A stretch of 64,000 nucleotides of DNA, from contig NC_043017.1 of the NCBI RefSeq assembly GCF_006345805.1, positions 2,852,001 to 2,916,000 of the forward strand, in the 5' to 3' direction. The notes beneath the pieces are model-generated. The model worked only from the letters and a program-made list of their open reading frames with translations. It searched no databases and was not told the origin of the DNA. This stretch comes from Octopus sinensis. Its lineage: Eukaryota. This document shows, piece by piece, positions 52,974 through 64,000 of this stretch (position 1 is the stretch's first letter; every line of letters starts with the position of its first letter). A program made the translations under genes and the position numbers.

Positions 52974-54189
52974 GATGTATGCATGTATGTATGCATACGT
53001 ATGTATGTATACGTATGTATATATACTGAGAGAAAGCATTAATTACGCCCAACAGGAGTCACCCATGACTGGAAACTTTTGCAATTTGCGAAGTAAATTG
53101 GCTACCACAAAGCTAAATTCCGCCTTCTAATTATTTGAAACCCATACAAAAGCAAGCATACACATACATACATACATACATACACACATATATTTACATG
53201 CAGACATACACATCCACATACACACAAGGACATACGTAAAATGGGTGTAATTATATATACACGTAAACTTACATCTTACAACATGTGGCAATCGTATAAG
53301 ATGTTAGACTAATTTGAGTGCTTACAATTTCGCGGATTTATCGTTAGTGGTAACAGCATCCCACCTAACAGCATCGTAAATCCCCTTCCTTGTCATTACT
53401 CTGCTCATCATGATTGTCATCGGCAGCATCCTCTTCATCCCAATTATCGTCATCATTATCAGTCTCAACTTCATCACCGCCACTCGTAGCGAACTAAACC
53501 AGCTACAACAACCGTAGATGCGTGTTTCTTTCGAGTATGTACCACATTAAATGTGGGATATGGGATTAGCGATCTGGTCGCCCTATTACAGACTACATAT
53601 GTTCGCCTATGATACCTATAAAAGCGTTAAATCGTTCGACCCACTCAGTTCCTGTTCCTTGTATCTCTGGCGAATGAATTACTCTCAGATGGTGTATTTA
53701 TTTTGCTTCTCTCTCAATGCTTCCCTGCGTGTTCTTTACATGAGAGAGAGATCGCGATAGAGTATATGTGTTACAGAAAAAGTGACTGTAAGAGGACAAG
53801 AGAGAAGGTGACAAAGAGCCGAATGTATTCATTCTCTGATCCTCCAATCCGTGCCTGTCTCATGTATGCGAAGAGTATGTTTTAAAGAAGATTTGTTTGC
53901 TATTTCTAGCTGCTTCTCCAACTACGGACTGCTGCTCTTCTTATAAATAAAAGTAAAGGTAAAGTCGACGTCAGCGGAATTTGAATTCAGAAAATAAAGA
54001 CGGACAAAAAGTCGCTAAGCATGTCGCCCGGCGGGCGAACGTTTCTGCCCGCTCGCCGCCTTCTATGTATGTATATACCGATTCATATATATCGCAGTAG
54101 TAAAATTGGCAAAAAATGAACATTGGAAATATCTTGTGGTACGCAGTTATGACTCTAATTGCTGAAGTCATACACCCCGCTTTAAGCCA

Positions 54190-54487
54190 CACTGCCTGTT
54201 TTTAAACCTTCAAGAATTTGATAAAGTTTCCGTTGATGTTCAGACTTGGATAATTTTTAGTCCTGCATAAGTCACTCTGGCCATGCATTCCAGTTTCTTT
54301 CGCTGGACGTAGGATTCAATTAGGCGATGTGTATTCTCTTTGCTGAAAGGATCTGTTTCCATTCGAGGAAAGTTTAGCCGTTACTTCTTTCAGGTTTAGC
54401 AGCCACTTGGAGAAGATATATTCGGCTACGCCATTGCTTTCTTGATCCTTTCTAGACTCACAGTTCTTTCTTTCTCTCTCTCTCTCA

Positions 54488-54554
<67 letters not shown>

Positions 54555-54592
54555 GCTATGTAGGTATATGTTTATCATCTCTCTCTCCTCTC

Positions 54593-54671
<79 letters not shown>

Positions 54672-55220
54672 AGCAGAGAGAGAGGAGAGAGAGAGAGAAG
54701 AGAGAAAGAGGTATAAATAGAAATATATAGATATAAAGAGCGAGAGGGAGAGAGACAGGGAGAGAGAAAAAGAGAGAAAAGTGGGAAGTTATCAGAAGAC
54801 ATTGAAGTAAAAATAAATAAAAATAACATAAAAGCAAAATAAAATAAAAATGATAAATAAAATATTTAAAGATTAAAAGACATGTGGAGAGTTGCGTAAC
54901 ACGAATAACGGAAGTATTGTTCTGCAAGCGTGTTTCCTTATTGCAGTAATAGACTTCCAAAAATATCTAATTAAGTCTTTGTAACTCTATCTAAATCCGA
55001 GAAATTCGAAATCGCTTCTGCAACGAACGACTGCGGAGACACGATTCTTTGCCAGTCAGCATTCTGTCAAGGTTCTCCATTTTGAAATATGACGTAAAAT
55101 GTAAGACGATCTTCTTCTGGCTTTTCAACATGTTGGATGTCAGCGTTCGAGCTGCTGATTTACCTAATTATTGCCTTAAAATAACTGGCTGAGTATTCCA
55201 CACAACCTGAAAGTTTAAGA
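54190..55220 (-). mobile_element. Possible highly decayed mariner transposase split by microsatellites
   Basis: Minus-strand LDRMLTGKES resembles (F)LxRIVTGDExW, and ILFQQENTH resembles LxQQDNAxPH, in the right order. Confidence 0.35.
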
Positions 55221-55413
55221 TAATCACAACGGTGGGAGGGGGCAGGTTGACAGAAAGGAATAACAGCGAAGATAAACAGATAGATAGAAAGAAAATAGGC
55301 AGATAGATAAATAGACAGAGAGATAAATAGAGAGAGAAAGAGAGAGAGAGAGAGAAAGAGAGATTGATAGATACATAGATGGATATATAAACAGATTGAT
55401 TAATACATATATT

Positions 55414-55467
<54 letters not shown>

Positions 55468-55586
55468 GATAGGTAGGTCGATCGGTAGATAGACAAAGAG
55501 AAAGACTGATAGCTAGGCAGCTAGCTAGATAGTTAGACCAGGAGATAGACTGCCAGCCAGCCATCCAGTCAGTCAGACAGGCAGAC

Positions 55587-55626
<40 letters not shown>

Positions 55627-55863
55627 TTATATATGACGATAATATCGATATTTAAGTGTCGAAATTATCAAGTGGCCAGCATGAAAGAAATACCTTACAA
55701 AGGTAAAAAAATTTTTAATTATATATATATATATATATATAATATATATATATATAACTGGGACAAGAACGTGAAACATTTAGAAGACGACACAAAAAAC
55801 ACGGACGGGACATTCGAAGCCTTCAATCTTCAGTCAAGAACCGGATCATTCTAGCAATTTCGG

Positions 55864-55898
<35 letters not shown>

Positions 55899-55900
55899 TG

Positions 55901-55945
<45 letters not shown>

Positions 55946-56169
55946 GACAATGAGTGAGAGGAGAGGAGCCAGGATGTCAGAGTATTTAAGTGTCTGCCCG
56001 ATTTACTAGAAATAATAGCAGACATTTCCTCGAAAATTAAAGTCATATTAGATCCCATATTTCTAACTGGTTCTAATTTGAGGGGATGGTCATTAATTTC
56101 CTCAATCAATACGGAATGTGGTGCTAAACTACAACAACAATACCATCAATCTAAAACATATGTAGCCAC

Positions 56170-56455
56170 AACATGACTCGGGCCGACTAAAGCCTTGTCA
56201 GTGGATTTGGTAGATGGAAACTGAAAGAAACCCGTCATATATATCTGTATGTGTGTGTATTTTTCCCCCGCATCAACGCTTAACAACCGGTGTTGGTATG
56301 TTTACGTCCCCGCAACAAAGCGATAGAATGAATACTAGGTATAAAAAAAATTCCTGGGGTTGATTTGTTCGTCTAAAACCCTTCGAGGCGATGCTCCAGC
56401 ATGGCTGCATTCATATGACTGAAACAACTGAAAGAATAGAAGAATAAAAGAATAG
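56170..56455 (+). mobile_element. SINE family A, head truncated
   Basis: CTCGGGCCGACTAAAGCCTTGTCAGTGGATTTGG...CAGCATGGCTGC...(AAAGAAT)n tail. Confidence 0.8.
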
Positions 56456-56482
56456 AAACACACGAACACGTGTGCTTGTATG

Positions 56483-56830
56483 GAGGCGCAATGGCTCAGT
56501 GGTTAGGGCAGTGGACTCGCAGTCGCAGGATTGTGGTTTCGATTCCCAGACCGGGCGTTGTGAGTGTTTATTGAGCGAAAACACCTAAAGCTCCACGACG
56601 CACCGGCAAGGAGTGGTAGCGAACCCTGCTGTACACTTTCAGCACAACTTTCTTTTACTCGTTCTTCCTTTTTCTGTTGTACCCATATTTCAAAGGCCTG
56701 CCTTGTCACACTCTGTGTCACGCTGAATCTCTCCAAGAACTACACGTTAATTTCACGATCAGGCGTTTTCGTTGATCGGATCAACTGGAACCCGCGTCTT
56801 CGCAACCGACGGAGTGCCACGACATTTGCT
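56483..56830 (+). mobile_element. SINE family D (well-preserved tRNA-like head, distinct body)
   Basis: GGAGGCGCAATGGCTCAGTGGTTAGGGCAG...GGTTTCGATTCCC (A box TGGCTCAGTGG, B box GTTTCGATTCC), followed by a body unlike family C. Confidence 0.75.
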
Positions 56831-57539
56831 TGTCTATCAACAAGACACGGAAAACAGAAAACACCGAGAAGAAAACGAGAAAAAAAATAATATATCTCCT
56901 CATTATAAACAGAAGGAAAGGGATTAAAGAGGAACTGACTTGAACGAAATTTTCAATTAAAACGACGATGAATAGGGATAAAGAATTTTGGGATTGGTCC
57001 GCACTGGTAATGACAGCATGTCGAGGAATTGTGAGGGTGGGAAAGAAAGAGAAAATAAGACTAAAATTGAAAGGGAGCAGGTAAAAACTAAACGAAAGAG
57101 GAACAGAAACGAAGCTCGAAAAGCGGGGTAAAAGTTACGTTGCAGGAGAGAAAAACGTAGGACGTAATTGGGAGAGAAAGAAGCGATTAGGGAGGAAGAT
57201 TTTCAAACTGTTCTGATAATCAGGAGACTTTGATCTGAATTCCCTCCCCTTGCGTCTCTCTATAAATCCTTCTATGTATCCGCCATATTCCTTATATGAT
57301 AAGCTGCTTCTCTCTCTCTCTCTCTCCCTCCCTTTTATTTCTTCGCTCGTTATCAGCATTTCCCATCTCTCGTTATGTTTCCCTCCCTCGTTCTTTCGCA
57401 TTTCCTATTCTCCCTATCTTTTTCTCTCCCCTTCGTTCGCTCCCTCCGTCTGGTTCTTTCTCTCCTCATTATACCGTGGAGTTATTCATATAACCTTCCA
57501 ACATTCTTTATCACTCTGTCTCTCTTTCTCTCCTTCCTG

Positions 57540-57644
57540 GTACGCGCGCACACACACACATACACTCACACACACATACACACACACACACACTCACTCA
57601 CTCACTCACACACATGCATACGTATCTATCTATCTATCTATCTA

Positions 57645-57680
<36 letters not shown>

Positions 57681-57743
57681 ATATCTATCTATCTATCTAT
57701 CTGTCTGTCTGTCTGTTTGCCTGTCCCTCTGCCTGCCTGCCTG

Positions 57744-57842
<99 letters not shown>

Positions 57843-57887
57843 GTCTGTCTGTCTGTCTGTTTGTCTGTCCCTCTGCCTGCCTGCCTG

Positions 57888-57948
<61 letters not shown>

Positions 57949-58048
57949 ATATCTATCTATCTATCTATCTGTCTGCCTGTCTGTCCGTCTGTATATCTGT
58001 CTGTCTAAATGTATGCTTGTATGTGTGCATGTATGTATACACACATGG

Positions 58049-58124
<76 letters not shown>

Positions 58125-58125
58125 C
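57540..58125. repeat. (ATCT)/(GTCT)n array switching to (GATA)n
   Basis: Direct inspection; includes an internal duplicated interruption. Confidence 0.95.
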
Positions 58126-58384
58126 TATGTGCCTGCTCGCACACATATGCAAACGCATACACACAAACACACACACAGACACGCAGAGTTATGTGCGTGC
58201 ACGTGTAGGTATACCTCCTCTTCTAAGAAATAAAGGTGCTCAACCTCAAGGTTCTGCTGCACGGTCAGGAGCCACAGGACATCCCCAGTCTTCGAATCAT
58301 GCTGTGATTCCATGCTGCAGCTTGTACTCAACCACAAGTCCTTCTCCGCCCAACCCGTGATGTCATCGCTCCAGCTCACACACG

Positions 58385-58690
58385 CACGCATTCATCCTAT
58401 TGGCCAGATTTAGCACCTGCAAACTTCCCTCTCTTCTGGAATGTGGAAAATCAGCTCAAGGTTACTGTTTTAACACCGATGTCGAGATCTAGATCGAACC
58501 GCAGAAAGTCCTCCACTCGCTTACAGTAAAACATCTTCAAGGCCGGATTCCAAAAGTGGCGGGAGAGCTTGGACCGCTGCATTGCTGCGCAAAGTGAGTA
58601 TTTCGAAAGAGATGATGCTAAAACATCGCTAAATAAGTTATTCTTATTAAACATAATTAGTTCGAGAATGTTTATATACCACCTCGTAGC
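58385..58690 (+). mobile_element. mariner (DD34D) transposase 3' remnant with terminal repeat
   Basis: HSSYWPDLAPANFPLFWNVENQLK (YSPDLAP motif) and, after frameshifts, FKAGFQKWRESLDRCIAAQSEYFE. It ends in ...TATACCACCTCGTA, like mariner TIR plus TA. Confidence 0.85.
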
Positions 58691-58829
58691 TGCGTTTTCA
58701 GTGAAGAAATGATTTGCTTACGTTTTTGTGGGCAAGGCGTTGGTTTGGTATATCTGAAATAAGATATCTTATGTCAATCTAAGATCACACGTCGATATGT
58801 GACTTGTTATTCTGAGATAGTCCTTTTAG

Positions 58830-59800
58830 CTTTTGTAACATTAAACATAATAGATGAATGTTCTGTAGAAGCTGTTGTTGCAAGCATCGCGAGGAATATC
58901 CGGAATGATGCGCAGATATTTTAGACGAAGTTTTCCGGCTTGCAGCTGTGTATTTAGTGTAGTGTATTCAGAGCTTTCAGTTGCTGTCCTCCCCAAAGTG
59001 CTCGGCTTAGAGGAATTTAAATGTCGATTCAGCAACGTAAATTTGTGCAATTGACACGCACATTGTGGGGAATAGATTTTCCAATATAGACAACAATTGC
59101 CAGTGGAATAAAAAAATAAAAAACGAAAAAAAACTGCCAGGAATTTTCTCTGCAACATAAAGTCTTCTTCTTAGATGACCAATAAGAGAATGTACAATGA
59201 CATAAAAAAACATGTCCGAAGTAGTGATTTGCAAATGTCAGAATCTTTTGTCTGACTTTCGTCACTTGACTGGTTTTCATCAAAAAAATCTATTTCGCTT
59301 TCTCTACCCTGCTTCTATTTTATTATCAATCTGAAAACTGTTGGTAACATGTTTTGATTCCGTCAGCAGAATGTCGAATTGATCTGGTAATATCTACATA
59401 TCTTTCGATGATCATTTCAATTTAGACCCCCGCAACATCAATTCTTAATTCTCTTATTTGTATTACCATGTTACAGCAATGAATGAGAGTAAACATGATG
59501 AGATGCGGCATGTTCGATTGCACACCACAGAAACCAGTATTTTTGAGACACTTTACCTTCGCGATTCTTGTATTTAAAGACGTCAAATTGGAAACACTAA
59601 TACAGATATTGTTTTGAGCTGAGTGGGGGTGCTAAATGCCCTTATTCGAAAATATAAGGACACAGATCATGTCGTATAGCCAACTGGAGACGATGCCTTC
59701 TGGGGCTAAATTACAGCAACATTCGTCCTAAACCAGGACTGCCATATTATGTTGGCAAATAATGTTTACTTTATGTATGCATAAAATTATTTATCGTTAA
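58830..59800 (-). mobile_element. Decayed piggyBac-like transposase N-terminal remnant (copy 1)
   Basis: Acidic/Ser-rich DENQSSDESQTKD, then broken segments resembling YW..P / RF.FL.R.L / (D)KLxKIR.I (GKLRLKYLRII). It shares a ~190 bp end with copy 2. Confidence 0.4.
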
Positions 59801-59854
59801 TTTCTGCACACATTTCCAGTTTGTGTTTTTATTACAATATGAAATCCATCCCAG

Positions 59855-60045
59855 GGCAGCAGACAAAATGTTTAGCGATATTTCGTCCGTCCTTACGTTC
59901 TGGGTTCAAACTGCATCGTGTTTGATTTGCCGTTTATCTTTTCCGGGGTCGATAAAATAAGTAGGAGATGAATGCTGGGGTCAATGTAATTGACTTATCC
60001 CCTCCTACGAAATTGCAGACCTTGTCCTAAAATTTGAAATCAATA
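59855..60045 (+). mobile_element. SINE family B, diverged
   Basis: AAAATGTTTAGCGATATTTCGTCCGTCCTTACGTTCTGGGTTCAAA...GGGGTCGATAAAATAAGTA. Confidence 0.7.
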
Positions 60046-60559
60046 CTGAATCCAGTACCACTGTTGCTTGTACTAGAACCAGCGACTTAGAGTTTAGATT
60101 CAGGAAGGACGCACTTACTTCTATATGAATATCTTCTGAAACAACGCTGGCAAATTACTAGATAATAACCAAATGTAAGAAAGAGGATTAGATCTAATAT
60201 TCAGCATAATGAATGTCGAGAAAGCGTGACCCAGAAATCCTGGTCTCGTTGAAAGCTGCGACATCTAGATATAGTGACCAAATAACCCAACTCTCTCTTC
60301 CTCTGTCTGTTTGTCAATCTGTCTCTCTCCCTCTCTTTATTTCTCTTTCTCTTTCTCTCCCTATCTTTCTCTCTCTCTCTCTCTCAAACACACACACACA
60401 AAATACACACAAACACATTTGCACATGCATATTTGTGTGTAGATACACTTATAGATATGCATGAAAATTACACAGGTAACTATACACACTCATGAAAACA
60501 TTCTAATGCTTATACGCTGACGCATGAACAAATACAGTGGGAAGATCCAATTAAGGAGA

Positions 60560-61400
60560 CACGTCTTTGATTGCTACAAAAACTATCGACCATTTCTCTC
60601 AAATTCTGTTCTCTTTGCAAAATACATACGATTGCGAAATGTCGGTGTTTCTAGAAGGATAGTCTGATGCGGAGAGTTAGCAGAAACTAGGCAGAGAAAA
60701 TACAAGTGTTGTCTAAAGAACTGGTGAAAAGTGAATAGAGTTAACAGCTATGTGTCAGTAGATACAGTGCCTGAGGACATAAATATACTCAAAATTGGGA
60801 AGAAGTGCACTACATGATTTGCTTTGGATTCATAAACTATAGGTTTGTGCGAGAACATCTGTTTTTGTGTCTTTCTGACATCTAAAGTTATTGATCATAG
60901 CAACCAGATGACTCTACTCAATATGTTTAGATGTTGCAACCACTAGCCAGACCATAATTTCGGTCTACGCTCGCTCAATTTAGACGATTACAATCCAGTT
61001 CTATCCCGCTCAGAACAAGTAACTAGTCAGTGATGTTTCGGAAGACATGCGTTTAGAAGTAGCAGGGTTCTTCTTAGATCCAGATGAAATATAGTAGTTG
61101 AGGTAGGTACGCTTATATTGATACGCTTCTATGGAATTTGACAGCGCCTCCTCTAGTCGAACAATTATTATGTGCCGATGAAGGGAAATAACCCGAAAAT
61201 CGCGATACACAGGGCTTGTTTTGAGCTGACTGAGAGTACTAAATGCCCTTGTTCGAAAATATAAAGGCGCAGATCCTGTCGTATAGTCAGATGGAGAATA
61301 TATCTACTGGGGCTAAATTGCAGCAACATTCACCCTAAACTAGGACTGCAATGTTGTGTTGGCAAATAATCCTTATTTTATGTACGCATAAAGGTATTTA
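60560..61400 (-). mobile_element. Decayed DNA transposon remnant (copy 2, piggyBac-like)
   Basis: 61205-61400 is a diverged direct repeat of 59600-59795. Minus-strand HQTILLETPTF resembles the piggyBac IxxETNxYA motif. Confidence 0.35.
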
Positions 61401-61828
61401 TCAATAAATACATGCATTTATGTAGTATGACATGTATACAAAGAAATAAATGTTTGCATATGTATATACATGTATATATAAATATATATATACAAGTACA
61501 CATGGTTCGTATGTCTGTGTGTGTCCCGATATATTTATCTGGCTTTAAATATATAATAATTAACGAATTTTCTTGTTCATTTATAAATGGAGATGTAATG
61601 CCATGAGCTCTTTCGTTTTCCATTCGCTTTGTATGATGTCTAAATTTCATGACACCTATGGTGTTTTCTATTGGCTTAATAAGTGTTATCAATCATGCAT
61701 ACACACACACACACACGTGCACGCACATCTTTCTTTTTATACATGCATACACATTTCTGTGCAAGTAGGTGAGCGTGCGAATACACACACAAGCATACAC
61801 ACGTACAGACACATACATATTCATTTAC

Positions 61829-61899
<71 letters not shown>

Positions 61900-61904
61900 A
61901 TGTA

Positions 61905-61949
<45 letters not shown>

Positions 61950-62108
61950 ACACATTTATATAAGCGTATATCTACATATATGCCTATATATTATATGTAT
62001 ATATATATATTTATACACATGTATATACATTTATATATATATCTTATCTGAATGTATGCATGCATATATATATATATATATATTCAGAGACATATACTAT
62101 TTATATAT

Positions 62109-62171
<63 letters not shown>

Positions 62172-62224
62172 AATACATATATACATATATATATTTATAC
62201 AAATATATTTGTATGCGGATATCT

Positions 62225-62260
<36 letters not shown>

Positions 62261-62417
62261 GTACATATGCATAAATATATATATGAGATATATATTCAAA
62301 GAGACACACGCACAACATATGTATAATTACGTAGGTTTCTTCTTTCGTCGCATATACACACTTCTGCCTGCGTGTTTGTGAGTAAATGTGTTTGAGAGGA
62401 AGAGTAAGCGAGCGAAT

Positions 62418-62467
<50 letters not shown>

Positions 62468-62988
62468 TGGAGGAAGACAATGGGTGGGAAAGACACACAG
62501 AAAAGAAGAACAGTAAAAGAGATGGAAAGATAGTTGGAAGAGAAAAAGAGAAGATGAAATGCTGCTCTCGAAAAGCCCTCCAATTTCACTTGACATTGAA
62601 TCATTAATTAATTTCTGACACCTTTAGTCTTGAGAAGAGGATGAATCTTAGCATAATAATGCATTAATAGTCTTGAAAGTAATTTCCAACGCACCAATTA
62701 ATTAAGAAAAATGAGTAAATGAAATTAATTTATCAGAGGAACATTTCACGGCATGTATGAGAAGGCAACATCTTCCTTGGAATATAATCGATAAATAAAT
62801 ACAACGAGACGAAGAATTACTACAAAAAGCAGTAACAAAATTGAAGGAAATTAAAAACAACCTATGGTTATGTTCTTTTATAGCTTTTATTTATTCTTAT
62901 TTTTATTTCTTCACACTTCTTTTACGCTTTCGTTTATAGATACATATAGACATACGTTCACACCGACGCAAGCGCACACACAAATATC

Positions 62989-63082
<94 letters not shown>

Positions 63083-64000
63083 CAAGTGTGTATGTGCGTG
63101 TATGTATGTGTATATGTGTTTAAAGATGCATGTAAGACGCGTGTAAACTTCGCAAAATTGAGCAAATTAAAGCTAATTCTAATGTAGATAATACAACGTA
63201 ATTTAAACACCATTAATTATATATTCTTCACAGCAATTTCGAATTCAATTTCAGTTATTCTGTTCGCTCTTATTAAGACGCTGACTTCATTAAACATCTT
63301 GGCAGCGTTCGGTTAAGGACAAGTCATGACACCCACACATACAATAAATTAATTTTGATATTAGGCTAAAATTAAATTATTAAAAACTAAAATTATAAGA
63401 TGGTCGTTTTTATACTTTCTTTCATTTTTGTTTAGAGTATTTTTTTTCTTTTTCGTTTTATTTTTCTTTTATTTAATTTTACATCTAGATTAAATTTTTC
63501 TCCTTTGTCGTCTTTAGCATTTTAATACGATTAGCTTCGAGAAAAATCTTCAAATATAGAAGAATGAAATTTCCTTTCGTTATAAGAAGAGGGTCGTATC
63601 ATGAAAAGATTGATTATTTTTTTTTAATATTCTGTATTTAAATTTGGAAGAACGTTAGTTGAGTCATAATTCGTTCGAGTCACATTATGAGTCTGTGGAT
63701 AAGGAATGACTCAGAATAACAGTAGATGGTTTCGTTCTAAGTCGTCAGCGACATCACGGTAATCTACTTCTGGATAACACACGGAACCTCCACGTTGCCG
63801 CTAGACCTGAAAGACAGAACAGCTAAATATTCCTCTTTCATTTTGCTAAATAATACATTAAATAATCAAGTCTGTAGTAGAAACACTATGACTGAAAGAC
63901 TAGGAAGTGATGGCCGTAAATGGAATAACTCTGATCACTAATGTGTTCCTTCAGGACAGACCTTGTGCTAACCAAATCAACATCAAGAACAGCATCGGAT

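Noticed and set aside
56483-56556. tRNA gene
   Set aside because: A and B boxes are present, but it continues into a SINE-like body and I could not fold a convincing acceptor stem; treated as a SINE head.

Overview
AT-rich, microsatellite-saturated eukaryotic DNA with no recognisable intact gene. The repeat landscape (several tRNA-headed SINE families, very dense TA/CA/ATCT/trinucleotide arrays) looks like a cephalopod, Octopus-type, intron or intergenic region; that assignment is inference. Almost all ORFs in the supplied track are microsatellite translations. Supportable features are many SINE copies and decayed remnants of LINEs (RLE/R4-Dong-like, RTE, CR1-group), Penelope-like elements (PLE), mariner and piggyBac. 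A few weak splice-site-bounded exon candidates are also present. The standout is a fold-back (palindromic) element found twice, in opposite orientations and in different (TA)n tracts: a ~2.0 kb copy at 40701-42724 and a ~0.47 kb copy at 51882-52355. Each arm carries a minimal type I hammerhead ribozyme (CUGAAGA...GAAA, palindromic CACGUG stem III, GUA cleavage triplet). In both copies one arm has a ~150 bp tail and the other stops at the same base. The apex of the long copy lies in a GIY-YIG-like remnant. This suggests a (TA)n-targeting PLE family that inserts as snap-back hairpins. Two unrelated miniature elements (36235-36473, 40135-40416) show the same asymmetric inverted-repeat architecture. 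All alignments and translations were done by eye, so coordinates of decayed repeats are approximate.
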